A stretch of DNA of 64,000 bases, taken from positions 196,964 to 260,963 of the forward strand of contig JBAZMP010000002.1 of assembly GCA_041649715.1 (NCBI GenBank), written 5' to 3'. This document shows, in pieces, positions 1 to 8,461 of the stretch. The DNA comes from Patescibacteria group bacterium (GTDB taxonomy: Bacteria > Patescibacteriota > Patescibacteriia > JAXHNJ01). Position 1 is the first letter of the stretch. Each line of letters starts with the position of its first letter. Under the pieces are notes generated by a model that ran no database searches, had not been told where the DNA came from, and saw only the letters and a program-made list of their open reading frames with translations. The position numbers were made by a program, and so were the translations under genes.

Positions 1-537
1 GTTGGCTTCCTCGAGTTCCGTCTCGAGCTTGGCCAGCTTATCGCGGGCCGACATTTCCAGCTTTCGTTCGACCGCCGCGGCGATGACGTGGCTGGCCCTG
101 ATCTCGCCAGCGAGATACCGGCAGAGGAGGTTGCCGTCGGGCACAAAAAGAGTATCAGGGTTTTCATTGATAGGCAATGTGCCGGAGCAGAAATACTTGC
201 CCCTTATCTTGACGGTGAGAGTGGTTTCCGCGACGTGGCACATCTTTTCGGGCAGAGCAAGCCAGGGTTTTACCAGATCGATGTGCCCGTTCTCAACGGA
301 AAGAATATAGCCGTAGTAATGACTCGAATGATTACCCGGGGATATTACGCAGAGGGCGATGGTCCCGGATTTTCCGGTGGGCGCGCAGACAGTGAAACCG
401 CGGACAAAATCGCCTGTTCTGACACTGGTTTCAAAGCTGGAGCCGATGAAGAAAATAGTGGATGAGCCCTTGGCACTAAGCCCAAGGGTTCCTTTTTCCT
501 GGTCGGCTTGAGCGACAAGGAAATCTTCAGGTCTCAT
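1..537 (-). CDS. hypothetical protein, partial (C-terminus outside window)
   Basis: Minus-strand ATG at 537-535 preceded by a GGAGG SD (complement of 545-549). The frame stays open down to position 1, so no stop is seen and the ORF track omits it. Translation begins MRPEDFLVAQADQEKGTLGLSAKG.... The + strand ORFs 2..310 and 88..465 are antisense to it. Confidence 0.45.
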   Translation of the reverse strand, partial: MRPEDFLVAQADQEKGTLGLSAKGSSTIFFIGSSFETSVRTGDFVRGFTVCAPTGKSGTIALCVISPGNHSSHYYGYILSVENGHIDLVKPWLALPEKMCHVAETTLTVKIRGKYFCSGTLPINENPDTLFVPDGNLLCRYLAGEIRASHVIAAAVERKLEMSARDKLAKLETELEEAN

Positions 538-773
538 GATTTGACCTCCACGAATTTATTCCGGCTATTGCCGGATGTGAAAGGTTCTGGGCGGTGGTGT
601 TTAACACAGCCACCTGGGCAGATAATTTGGCACCCTTCTGCCGTAACAGGGTGGTCCGCAGACGTTGTAGCGCTCAGATGATGGACAGAGCATATTAGCA
701 TAAAAATAATCTTTTGTCAATGCGTAAATAAAAAAGCGACCGCAAACAGGCACGGTCGCCCTATTTTTTGATT

Positions 774-1325
774 TTATCGCAGGTATTTAACCAGGTGTAT
801 TTCGTCGACATACCGGCCGTAGTGCTTAAGCCCTCTTTTTAGCCGGCCGTATTCCTCAAAGCCGCAAGTGCGGTAGACTTTTTGGGCCCTTAAGTTAGGC
901 GACATGACCGTAAGAATGACCATGTTTACCCCAAGAATTTTTTTGGCTTCCTGAATGACGATTTTCAGGAGTTTTTTGCCCAAGCCTCTGTTCTGGTATT
1001 CTTTTCGGATCATGATGCCGAAAGTGCCGATATAATGTCTGTCCGGCCCGCCAGCGCTAACTACTTGGCAGTTGCCCACGATTGTTCCATTGGAAATAGC
1101 AAGCAAATGAACAACTTTTTTCTTAGCGATGTTTTTGAGCAAGGCAGACAGCCACTTTTTTTCCTGGCGGAGATTGACCTTTTTTTGAACGGTAAGATAC
1201 GCTCTGTCGGCCACGAGCGCGTTGATCAGGTCTTTTAAGCCGATAAGATCACTGGCTTGGGGATAGCGGATAATGACGTTTTGACCTTCAAATCTGAATA
1301 CCTTGATGATCTTTTGTTTTTTCAA
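774..1325 (-). CDS. GNAT family N-acetyltransferase
   Basis: 183 aa with the acetyl-CoA binding motif QNRGLGKKLL and a RimI-like layout. Confidence 0.8.
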   Translation of the reverse strand: MKKQKIIKVFRFEGQNVIIRYPQASDLIGLKDLINALVADRAYLTVQKKVNLRQEKKWLSALLKNIAKKKVVHLLAISNGTIVGNCQVVSAGGPDRHYIGTFGIMIRKEYQNRGLGKKLLKIVIQEAKKILGVNMVILTVMSPNLRAQKVYRTCGFEEYGRLKRGLKHYGRYVDEIHLVKYLR

Positions 1326-1386
1326 AGGATCGCCTCCTGGCTAGTTGGAAAGTGCACGAATAAACTGATGAATTTGTGATTGATTA

Positions 1387-1415
1387 TATTATCAAAAACG
1401 ATATAATTTGTCAAA
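1387..1415 (-). promoter_or_regulatory. sigma70-like promoter for GNAT gene (TTGACA-17-TAATAT on minus strand)
   Basis: Reverse complement reads TTGACAaattatatcgtttttgaTAATAT. It lies about 60 nt upstream of the GNAT start at 1325. Confidence 0.5.
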
Positions 1416-1466
1416 GAGGGGGTTTTTAAAGTGAGTAAGATATTAAGATAACTAATAGTAAGGCAG

Positions 1467-1496
1467 AAAAAACGGACCTTCACTCAGGTCCGTTTT
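1467..1496 (-). terminator. rho-independent terminator (stem aaaacggacc/ggtccgtttt)
   Basis: Perfect 10-bp stem with an 8-nt loop. On the minus strand it is followed by TTTTTTCTGCC, directly downstream of the stop of the 1516..1938 gene. Confidence 0.6.
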
Positions 1497-1515
1497 GAAT
1501 CTTTAGTCCTATCCT

Positions 1516-1938
1516 TCACAGTGGCCAGTTCATCTCGATGTTCGTGATCATCAAGGAAGTTTTAGTCAAAAGTTGCTCGCGCATCATGCCATCACTTTCT
1601 TCTGGATGGATAACCGCCACGATGCAGATATGACGTTGATCTTCGGTTAAGCCCATTCTCATCCATTTTTCCCCTCGTTGATCCCGGAAGAATGGTTCTT
1701 CATTGGCCATCTTCAATTTCTCGGTTATCTCGCTTATTTTGCCTGACAATTCAGCGATACCGTAGTGAAGAGATATTGCGATACCATTTTGTTCGCTATA
1801 TAATACCTCGGCCATAAAAGTCCTATTGCCTAGGTGAAGAAAACCGGCAAAAACGCCGTCCGCCTCCGGATTCAGGAACCAGAAATCCCTGTCGCCCAAA
1901 ACCGACTTTATCAAATCCGCTATGGCTTCCATTTTCAT
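1516..1938 (-). CDS. hypothetical protein
   Basis: 140-aa ORF with a GGAGGA SD about 8 nt upstream of the ATG. No recognisable motifs. Confidence 0.5.
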   Translation of the reverse strand: MKMEAIADLIKSVLGDRDFWFLNPEADGVFAGFLHLGNRTFMAEVLYSEQNGIAISLHYGIAELSGKISEITEKLKMANEEPFFRDQRGEKWMRMGLTEDQRHICIVAVIHPEESDGMMREQLLTKTSLMITNIEMNWPL

Positions 1939-1976
1939 CTTCAGTCCTCCTTCAAAGTACGATTAATGATAGCCGC

Positions 1977-2005
1977 ATCTTAACAAAGGGGATAAATCTT
2001 GTCAA
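1977..2005 (-). promoter_or_regulatory. sigma70-like promoter (TTGACA-17-TAAGAT, minus strand)
   Basis: Reverse complement reads ccctcTTTGACAagatttatcccctttgtTAAGAT, upstream of the 1938 start. It shares the ccctctTTGACAa context with the GNAT promoter. Confidence 0.4.
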
Positions 2006-2120
2006 AGAGGGTTTTTGAAGAATTTTTCGCTAGCTATATTGTAATTATAGTCAACTTGTGCTATGCTTGTACACACTTAAGAGTAGGTCTAAATTCGTAA
2101 AGTTTGAGGGTTTTTCCATA

Positions 2121-3599
2121 ATGAATATTCTCTTCGTTTATCCCGAGTATCCAGAGACTTTCTGGAGTTTTAAGCATATCCTGAAATTTCTGGCAAAAAA
2201 GGCGGCCTATCCTCCTCTGGGTCTTTTGACCGTATCCGCCATGCTGCCGAAAGAATGGCCGAAAAAACTCGTCGATCTCAATGTCAGGGAATTAAAAGAC
2301 GAGGATATTCTTTGGGCGGATATGGTGTTTATCAGCGCGATGATCGTCCAGAAAAAAAGCGCCCAAGCGGTCATTGACTGGGCGAAAAAAATGGGCAAAA
2401 AAGTGGTTTGCGGCGGCCCGGTCTTCACCAGCCAGCCGGAAGGATTTACCGGCGTCGATCATTTCGTTTTGAACGAAGCCGAGGTAACCCTGCCTCTTTT
2501 TCTTAAGGATTTAGCTAAAGGAAGGCCAAAACATATTTATACTTCCGCCATCCGGCCGGATATATCGCAGACCCCGATACCTGACTGGTCGCTGATCAAG
2601 CTTAAGGATTACGCCGCCATGGTCATTCAGTATTCCCGAGGTTGCCCCTTTAACTGCGAATTCTGCGATATCGTGATCATGAACGGCCGGGGCCAAAGAG
2701 CGAAGAATCCGCCGCAGCTTATCCGGGAATTTGAATCGCTTTACGCCGCCGGCTGGCAAAGCACTTTATTTATCGTGGACGATAATTTTATCGGGAATAA
2801 AGCCAATGTCAAAAAAATGTTGCCGTTTCTTATCGCCTGGCAGAAAGAACATAAATATCCCTTTCAACTGCTGACGGAAGCCAGCCTCAATTTAGCGGAT
2901 GACGAGGAGCTGATGCAGCTGATGAGCGCCGCCAATTTTTATAAAGTATTTTTGGGAATTGAAACTCCCTGCGTGGATAGCCTTAAAGAATGCGGAAAAA
3001 TGCAGAATGTCAGCCGCGATCTGGCGGAGGCCGTGAAGGTCATCCAGCAGCATGGTTTGCAGGTGATGGGCGGTTTTATCGTCGGCTTTGACTCTGATCC
3101 CAAGGGTATCTTTGACGCCCAGATAAGATTTATCCAACAGGTGGGTATTGTCACGGCCATGGTCGGCATTTTGACCGCTTTGCCGCAGACGCGGCTTTGG
3201 CACCGCCTGAAAGCGGAAGGAAGACTAATTGGCGAGACGACCGGCGGCAATACGGACGGCAAGATCAATTTTAAGCCAAAAATGGACCGGCAAAAATTGA
3301 TGGAAGGCTATAAAAAAATTCTGGCCACGATATATTCCCGAAAAAGCTATTACCAAAGGATAAATACATTTATCAAAAGTTACCGGCCGACGGTCAAGTC
3401 AAAGATTAACCGCTATGATTTAAGGGCTTTTTTTATCAGTATTTGGCGGATCGGTTTTGTCTCGCGAGCGAGTTTTCTATACTGGAAGCTGTTGATAAAA
3501 ACTTTTTTGACCAAGCATAAGGCTCTGCCCGTGGCCATCGAGCTGGCTATTGTCGGTCTGCATTATGAAAAAGTGGCCGCCAATGTGATCAATAAATAA
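2121..3599 (+). CDS. B12-binding domain radical SAM protein with C-terminal DUF4070-like region
   Basis: N-terminal B12-binding-like region (GLLTVSAML...VVCGGP). Radical SAM cysteine triad CPFNCEFC. Start placed at the internal ATG 2121 (MNILFVYPEYP) rather than the track's 2058. Confidence 0.8.
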   Translation: MNILFVYPEYPETFWSFKHILKFLAKKAAYPPLGLLTVSAMLPKEWPKKLVDLNVRELKDEDILWADMVFISAMIVQKKSAQAVIDWAKKMGKKVVCGGPVFTSQPEGFTGVDHFVLNEAEVTLPLFLKDLAKGRPKHIYTSAIRPDISQTPIPDWSLIKLKDYAAMVIQYSRGCPFNCEFCDIVIMNGRGQRAKNPPQLIREFESLYAAGWQSTLFIVDDNFIGNKANVKKMLPFLIAWQKEHKYPFQLLTEASLNLADDEELMQLMSAANFYKVFLGIETPCVDSLKECGKMQNVSRDLAEAVKVIQQHGLQVMGGFIVGFDSDPKGIFDAQIRFIQQVGIVTAMVGILTALPQTRLWHRLKAEGRLIGETTGGNTDGKINFKPKMDRQKLMEGYKKILATIYSRKSYYQRINTFIKSYRPTVKSKINRYDLRAFFISIWRIGFVSRASFLYWKLLIKTFLTKHKALPVAIELAIVGLHYEKVAANVINK

Positions 3600-3677
3600 T
3601 ATTGGAAGACTTGAAAAAGCAGGGGTTTGTCTCGATCAATGCTTTTTTGCTGATATCAATAATGTTATAATATATTC

Positions 3678-4427
3678 ATGGTTCAAACCTGGCTGTATAC
3701 AATATTAAGCGTTTTAGGGGTGAGTTTAATTGCTTTTGCCGGGCTTTTCACTTTTTCCCTGAGAATTGAGCGGTTAAAAAAAATACTTTTGTTCTTGATC
3801 AGTTTTGCCGCAGGCTCACTTTTAGGCGATGCTTTTATTCATTTGTTGCCGGAGGCGGTGAGCCTTTCTCCAAAGACACTCGTTGTTTCTTTGTGGATAT
3901 TGGGCGGCCTGGTCTTGTTTTTTGTCATGGAAAAGGTCTTAAAATGGCGGCATTGCCACGAGCTTGATTGTGAAGATCACGTGCACACGGTGGGGATGAT
4001 GAGCTTGATCGGCGACGGCGTCCATAACTTCATTGACGGGGCGATTATCGCCGCCAGTTTCTTGGTCAGTCCGGCCTTGGGATTAGTTACCACCATCGCG
4101 GTGATCTTGCACGAAATCCCCCAGGAGATGGGCGATTTCGGGATTTTGATTCACGCCGGCTACTCAAGAATGCAGGCTTTGTTTTATAATTTTATTTCCG
4201 CTTTGACCGCCGTGGCGGGAGCGGCTTTGACCCTGACTTTTGGCGCTCATATTTCCAGTCTGACGAGCTACCTGGTTCCGCTTACGATAGGCGGCTTTAT
4301 TTATATTGCCACTGCCGATCTGATCCCGGAGTTGCATAAAGAAGTGAGGTTGCGCTATTCGGTTTTTCAGCTTCTTTCTTTCTTGCTCGGTATCGGCCTG
4401 ATGGCCTTGTTGCTTTTGCTTGAATAA
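3678..4427 (+). CDS. ZIP family metal (zinc) transporter
   Basis: Polytopic protein with ZIP signature motifs HNFIDG and HEIPQEMGDF and a His-rich loop HCHELDCEDHVH. Confidence 0.85.
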   Translation: MVQTWLYTILSVLGVSLIAFAGLFTFSLRIERLKKILLFLISFAAGSLLGDAFIHLLPEAVSLSPKTLVVSLWILGGLVLFFVMEKVLKWRHCHELDCEDHVHTVGMMSLIGDGVHNFIDGAIIAASFLVSPALGLVTTIAVILHEIPQEMGDFGILIHAGYSRMQALFYNFISALTAVAGAALTLTFGAHISSLTSYLVPLTIGGFIYIATADLIPELHKEVRLRYSVFQLLSFLLGIGLMALLLLLE

Positions 4428-4449
4428 TATTCACTCTTGACTTTTCCCG

Positions 4450-4480
4450 CCCCCTGGCCTAAGATAGGGGGAGGTTTTTT
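4450..4480 (+). terminator. putative rho-independent terminator after ZIP transporter gene
   Basis: CCCCCT/AGGGGG stem (4450-4455 and 4466-4471) followed by aggTTTTTT. It overlaps the conserved ctggcctaaRataggg motif. Confidence 0.45.
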
Positions 4481-4513
4481 ACAGCATCAAAGTTCATTAA
4501 CAAGGAGGCGTCA

Positions 4514-4840
4514 GTGGCCAAAATGAAGCGTAATGAGACGGGTGAAAAAGGCGTTTTATCTTTTTCTTTGAGCGGTGAATCGTTCGGAGGTCCCGATAAT
4601 TTGGATTTAATGGAAAGGATAGCCGGAACGGTTGAAAGAGCGGGAGAAAAGGTGTCGACGGTTATTGTCGATCTTGAGAAATTGGAATGGATTTCCGGGA
4701 CCGGCGTGGGGCTGCTGGTGACGCTTCGGTCAAGATTGGCCAAACAAGGTATTAAAGTCAAGCTTGAGAAACCGAATGCCAGAGTTTTGAGCGTCCTTCA
4801 GGTTACCCGCCTGAATATGATTTTTGAAGTTATCGAATAA
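4514..4840 (+). CDS. STAS domain protein (anti-sigma-factor antagonist-like)
   Basis: 108 aa with a SpoIIAA-like pattern (TVIVDLEKLEWISGTGVGLLVTL). AAGGAGG SD lies upstream. Confidence 0.65.
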   Translation: MAKMKRNETGEKGVLSFSLSGESFGGPDNLDLMERIAGTVERAGEKVSTVIVDLEKLEWISGTGVGLLVTLRSRLAKQGIKVKLEKPNARVLSVLQVTRLNMIFEVIE

Positions 4841-4854
4841 AAAAGGAGTCAGCT

Positions 4855-5022
4855 ATGAGTCGTTTGAATATTCCCCCTGGTCGTTGCGGCCAAATGGATG
4901 AAATGAAAAAATGTAAGGACTGCCGGTATCGGGTGGTCAATGGTGGTGAGGGCGCTTGCCCTTACATGAATGCAGGTGACGAATGTCCTTATGGCAAGGA
5001 AAAAGCTGATGATACCCTCTAG
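4855..5022 (+). CDS. small Cys-rich protein (55 aa), possible zinc-binding
   Basis: AAAGGAG SD lies 5 nt upstream of the ATG. Translation MSRLNIPPGRCGQMDEMKKCKDCRYRVVNGGEGACPYMNAGDECPYGKEKADDTL contains 6 Cys. It is below the length cutoff of the ORF track. Confidence 0.45.
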   Translation: MSRLNIPPGRCGQMDEMKKCKDCRYRVVNGGEGACPYMNAGDECPYGKEKADDTL

Positions 5023-5153
5023 GCTATTGTTTATTCCCCGCATACTCCTTTCAGCAAACTGAAGGGAGTTTTTTTATTGGGGTGAGTGACCCCGCCAGAA
5101 ATCCCCGCATATTTAAACGAGTGTATATTTATATTGAGTAATTTCTAACGGGG

Positions 5154-5182
5154 TTGACAAATCCATGATTTTGCGCTATATT
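5154..5182 (+). promoter_or_regulatory. sigma70-like promoter TTGACA-17-TATATT
   Basis: gggGTTGACAaatccatgattttgcgcTATATT, about 65 nt upstream of the 5248 start. Confidence 0.55.
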
Positions 5183-5247
5183 AGAGTGTTTCGAACCTTT
5201 AAAATCATTGGTCTTGAATTGACGTTATTGCTGAAGAGGTGGTTATC

Positions 5248-5991
5248 ATGTCACGCAGAGGAAGACAGCCTTGGCGTCTCGTTACCGAAGCGGAAGTCTC
5301 CAAATTTCTGCCTTTGGCAGAAATGTTTGCCGCGGATTTGTACGGTAAGTTCGGCGATTTATGGCCGTTTGTTGAGGTCTTATTCCGCCTGGCGGTCCTG
5401 AAAGATTGTACTCGGCATGATCGTATCCGGATCGCTTACCATTATATCTGGAAAGCGCCGAGCCGGAGCGAAATCAGGCGTCGGCATCCGGAGTGGCAGG
5501 ATTGGCTGGTCGAAGCTCGCTACCAGGATTTCCAAGCACACATCAGGCAATGGGGGCCGGGTGATGTTGAGCTCGTGGCCGTGGATTTGCAGCGTTTCCC
5601 CACCCCCGACGCCATTGATATCACCAGTCTCAATCCGAGTCAATTCCGGCCGGTTCTGATCAACTATCGGACGGGCGCCCATGTTACCGGCGTTATTAAC
5701 CAGATCATCCACTTTGAATGGGATAAAGTGGGTAATAAGCGCATCACGGTTTCTGTCTCCCAGAAGGAATGGGAGATGATTGGGCGTCAGCTCAGTCTTT
5801 ACGTTGATTCTTATCATCATTCCTTCCACAGTCCGGAAGAGATGAGCGATCCGGTGCTCTTGGGCAAGCTGCTTAAACGCCGGCCGATCAGACCGAAATT
5901 GAGGCACTTCTCAAATTCCCTCTGGCGATACTACCAGGTAGTCGAAAAAAACCGAGGGTACGAACCCTGGGAAGTGGAAAACACGGTATGA
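5248..5991 (+). CDS. hypothetical protein
   Basis: Start moved to ATG 5248 (MSRRGRQ), which has a GAGGTGG SD. No known motifs. Local GC is higher than in neighbouring genes. Confidence 0.5.
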   Translation: MSRRGRQPWRLVTEAEVSKFLPLAEMFAADLYGKFGDLWPFVEVLFRLAVLKDCTRHDRIRIAYHYIWKAPSRSEIRRRHPEWQDWLVEARYQDFQAHIRQWGPGDVELVAVDLQRFPTPDAIDITSLNPSQFRPVLINYRTGAHVTGVINQIIHFEWDKVGNKRITVSVSQKEWEMIGRQLSLYVDSYHHSFHSPEEMSDPVLLGKLLKRRPIRPKLRHFSNSLWRYYQVVEKNRGYEPWEVENTV

Positions 5992-6086
5992 GGCGGAAGC
6001 ATTTTCCGCCTCTTTTTTATCCTTGAAATATTTTTAGTTTTACGCTAAGGTTTAAGCGGTTCTTTTTGCCAAGGAGGTTTGAGATA

Positions 6087-6440
6087 ATGAAAGTAATCTG
6101 GGAAGAGGAGGGTGATAGGCGGAAGTATTGTCCGAGCTGCGGCGGGAAGCTTGACGCCTGGGGCCTTTGTCGGGAAGCGGCGGGAAAGATCAGCCTGGAT
6201 CTAGCCAGCGCCTGGCGATTAGCGAGTCAATCCAAAGGGAAGCTATCCCAAAAGGAGATTCGGGAAAGAATAGACGCGATTGCGGCGCAACCCCTTACTT
6301 CGGAGCACGCCGGCAGCATCTGTCTTATTTGTAAGCGTCAGTTTTTGCACGGCGTCTGCCCGGGTTGCGGCTTGCCCATCAAGTATAATTCTCGCCAAGA
6401 AATATTTTTTCTCCACCTTTTCCGAGACTGGCCTAAATAG
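6087..6440 (+). CDS. hypothetical zinc-ribbon protein
   Basis: AAGGAGG SD upstream. Two CxxC...CxxC pairs (CPSCGGKLDAWGLC and CLICK...CPGCG). Confidence 0.5.
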   Translation: MKVIWEEEGDRRKYCPSCGGKLDAWGLCREAAGKISLDLASAWRLASQSKGKLSQKEIRERIDAIAAQPLTSEHAGSICLICKRQFLHGVCPGCGLPIKYNSRQEIFFLHLFRDWPK

Positions 6441-6526
6441 GGAGGCATGAAAAATTGCTTCCCTTGTTTTTTTCCGCCCATTTGCTAAAATATTATTGAC
6501 ATTAAATATTAAGGAGAAATGAAAAC

Positions 6527-6721
6527 ATGCCAGAGAAAAAAATCGCAGTGGACCCGGAAAAATGCATCGGCTGCGGCGCTTGCGTCGCTTTATGCCCGGA
6601 AGTTTTCGAGATAGGCGGGGACGGCAAGTCACGCGTGAAAGACCAGGCCGGTTGTGAAAAATGTGATTGTTCGGGAGCGATTGACGGCTGCCCGCAACAA
6701 GCTATTTTTTGGGAAGAATAA
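6527..6721 (+). CDS. 4Fe-4S ferredoxin
   Basis: 64 aa with CIGCGACVALCP and a second Cys cluster. AAGGAG SD upstream. Confidence 0.8.
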   Translation: MPEKKIAVDPEKCIGCGACVALCPEVFEIGGDGKSRVKDQAGCEKCDCSGAIDGCPQQAIFWEE

Positions 6722-6882
6722 TATTATCCTTTAAAATTAGCCCCCAGGAAATCCCGCGGGCTAATTTTTTTACATAAATAAATAGAAAATACCGAGGTAA
6801 TCTAAAAATGGGATTGACCCTTTTGGAAATCACGGTATATTTAATTATATAGGGGTATTGTCAGATCTGTTCTTGTTTGGGG

Positions 6883-6911
6883 TTGACAAATCAGAAAATT
6901 TGTGCTAATAT
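6883..6911 (+). promoter_or_regulatory. sigma70-like promoter TTGACA-17-TAATAT with TGn extension
   Basis: ggGTTGACAaatcagaaaatttgtgcTAATAT. It ends 12 nt before the 6923 ATG, so the mRNA is nearly leaderless. Confidence 0.55.
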
Positions 6912-6922
6912 AAAACGTTAGG

Positions 6923-8158
6923 ATGACACGTAATATACAATCTATTATGTCATATTTTCACCGGAAAATCCGCGATAGTTTTATTCCCCAGGAGCAAAAT
7001 GAATTTCGCCCCCATGTTTTAAGGCATAAATTTTTGGCTTTTATCGCCTCTTTGGTCATTGTGGTGAAAGTGGGCGTCCTGCTATTAGTTGCCTTGACTC
7101 CTGGTTATGTCTTGCCGGTTGATATTACCAACCAGAATATTGTCAATTTAACCAATCAGCAGCGATTAAATGCGGGTTTATCCGAGCTGAAGTTGAACAG
7201 CCGACTTTCTCAGGCGGCCTCTGCCAAGGCGGCTGACATGCTTTCAAACCAGTATTTTTCCCACTACAGTCCGTCTAATGTCTCGCCTTGGTACTGGTTT
7301 CAGAGCGCCGGCTACGAATACGCCTATGCCGGAGAAAATTTAGCCATGGATTTTGTCACCGCTGAATCTACGGTTAGCGCCTGGATGGCCAGCGAAAGCC
7401 ATAAGAAAAATATCCTGAATTCAAAATTTTCCGAGATCGGCGTCGGGGTGATTGAAGGAGATTTCAAAGGCGCTAAGACGATATTGGTCGTGCAGGAATT
7501 TGCCGCGCCGGCGCCGACGAAGACCGTCGCTTCCAATACGACCGTTACGGAAGTGACTAAGCCGGCCACCACTGAAACAAAACCGGTTCAACAGACCGTG
7601 ACACCGACCGTCGAGGCGGAAAAAAACTTGCCGAAAGTGGAAGCCGAAAAGACCGTTGTCCTGCCGTCACCGGCCAAAGAAGATACTTATGACGTGACCG
7701 TTAAGGTGGAGGAACCTCCGGCGGAAACTCCGCCTGCCGAGCCGCCAGCGGAGATCACGCAAGTGGCGGTTAATTTGGGCGGCAACACGGCAGATTTGAA
7801 TAAGACGGGCGATCAGTACGTCGGCTCGGTCGAGGAGAACCAGAACGGGCAGAAAAACGATTTAGATATATTGGTTCAAAGTACGCAGCCGACCACTGAC
7901 GAGAGCAATGTCATAACGGCCCCCGTCATGAATACGGATTTCTTTAAAACGACGATATTGCGGCCGGATAAATTTTTCACTTCCGAAAAATTGGTCCAGA
8001 TCATCTTATACTCCCGCAATTTTTTCCTGGCCCTGCTGCTTTTCCTGAGTCTTGCCCTTATCCTCAATGTTTTGATTAAAGTCCGCGTACAGCACCGGCC
8101 GACCATTGTTTACAGCCTGCTGGTCATCTATATGATCAGCGTGATTATCATAATTTAA
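6923..8158 (+). CDS. CAP/SCP (YkwD-like) domain protein with Pro/Thr/Glu-rich linker and C-terminal membrane anchor
   Basis: CAP-domain-like stretch NQQRLNAGL...YFSHYSPS...AWMASESHKKNIL. Then an ETPPAEPPAE low-complexity linker and a C-terminal hydrophobic helix. Confidence 0.7.
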   Translation: MTRNIQSIMSYFHRKIRDSFIPQEQNEFRPHVLRHKFLAFIASLVIVVKVGVLLLVALTPGYVLPVDITNQNIVNLTNQQRLNAGLSELKLNSRLSQAASAKAADMLSNQYFSHYSPSNVSPWYWFQSAGYEYAYAGENLAMDFVTAESTVSAWMASESHKKNILNSKFSEIGVGVIEGDFKGAKTILVVQEFAAPAPTKTVASNTTVTEVTKPATTETKPVQQTVTPTVEAEKNLPKVEAEKTVVLPSPAKEDTYDVTVKVEEPPAETPPAEPPAEITQVAVNLGGNTADLNKTGDQYVGSVEENQNGQKNDLDILVQSTQPTTDESNVITAPVMNTDFFKTTILRPDKFFTSEKLVQIILYSRNFFLALLLFLSLALILNVLIKVRVQHRPTIVYSLLVIYMISVIIII

Positions 8159-8461
8159 AGATTTGGGTATTCGCGCGCGCCCTCCCTTTTTTTGAGACAG
8201 GCGGTTTTTGCTTAGTCTTGATTTTATCGGCCTTCCAGACTACGGCCAGTGTGAAAATCGCGTGAAAATGTGACGGAGGGTTCGAATGAATCCCGCCAGG
8301 AAAATACTGAATAGCGGGGCGGAACTCAACATTTTGCCGCCTTAAGCCTTGATTTCAATCGGCGGAAGCCGTCGGCGCGCCCTTATTATCATCCTTGACG
8401 GTTCTTTTGTTTTTTGATAAATTTATAAGTAACTAATAAATAACATTAAGGAGAAAATACA

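Noticed and set aside
2-465. + strand ORFs 2..310 and 88..465
   Set aside because: They are antisense to a minus-strand gene that has a clear SD and start at 537. They have no SD and their composition is typical of shadow ORFs.
5380-5907. 175-aa minus-strand ORF
   Set aside because: It lies entirely inside the + strand gene 5248..5991, which has a consensus promoter and SD. The minus ORF has neither.
6482-6510. TTGCTA-17-AATATT promoter-like sequence upstream of the ferredoxin gene
   Set aside because: The predicted transcription start would fall inside the gene's SD. The match may be coincidental in AT-rich sequence.
8160-8460. 300-nt intergenic region with a T-arm-like GGGTTCGAATgaATCCC element and direct repeats gcgcgccct
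   Set aside because: No complete tRNA, tmRNA or SRP/RNase P-like core could be folded. It may be a degenerate tRNA remnant.
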